From Lama guanicoe (taxonomy: Eukaryota): 64,000 bases of DNA. Shown piece by piece: positions 63,835-64,000 of this stretch. Position numbers and translations under genes: made by a program. A model generated the notes under the pieces. That model searched no databases. It saw nothing but the letters and a program-made list of their open reading frames with translations, and was not told the DNA's origin. Positions within the stretch are counted from its first letter, which is position 1. Each line of letters begins with the position of its first letter. The stretch spans positions 1 to 64,000 of the forward strand of contig MU053606.1 of NCBI GenBank assembly GCA_013239625.1, in the 5' to 3' direction.

Positions 63835-64000
63835 ATGCCCATCAGCAGCATCTGAGTGTCACTGAAAGCAGAAAGCCAGATGAATGGAGGCAGAGGTGGT
63901 TGGAGGAGCTACGTTAACTGATCTTCAAGTGAGTTAGGGTAACAGCTTCCTGAAATCCTCCCCACCCCTCCTGATGAGCCAGGTGTCTGGCATTTCTCTG

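Noticed and set aside
56811..64000. ANO6 exon 10 (KLCIFDSFGTLVFAVFMGVW) or other genes (e.g. ORFs 58592-59215, 62732-63199)
   Set aside because: No matching exon found by eye, so it probably lies beyond the window; the ORFs cross repeats or lack recognisable homology.

Overview
Mammalian genomic DNA, most likely camelid (inferred from tRNA-Ala-derived vic-1-type SINEs), with two assembly gaps. Positions 1-~21.3 kb are a diverged head-to-tail ~249-bp satellite array of roughly 83 monomers. It has sequence-distinct layers (C|A|B|C), irregular multi-monomer duplications, a ~95-nt imperfect inverted repeat in each monomer, and a 5'-truncated L1 carrying a short 3' transduction. The array is fused directly into the first 22 nt of exon 18 of an intron-containing ANO6 (TMEM16F) pseudogene on the minus strand. 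Exons 11-17 of this pseudogene are recognisable between 33.4 and 56.8 kb, and all but one carry frameshifts, stops or broken splice donors. The junction is present twice as an exact 410-bp tandem duplication. About 200 bp from exon 18, inside pseudogene intron 17, is a full-length L1 (21,930-29,128) with TSDs and intact ORF1/ORF2. Its 5'UTR holds a strong-Kozak antisense ORF that reads out into the flank. The rest is intronic DNA with ordinary repeats, including a MER41-like LTR with adjacent AP-1 and GAS motifs. Repeat family names and ANO6 exon numbering come from my recall of consensus and human sequences and need RepeatMasker/BLAST confirmation.
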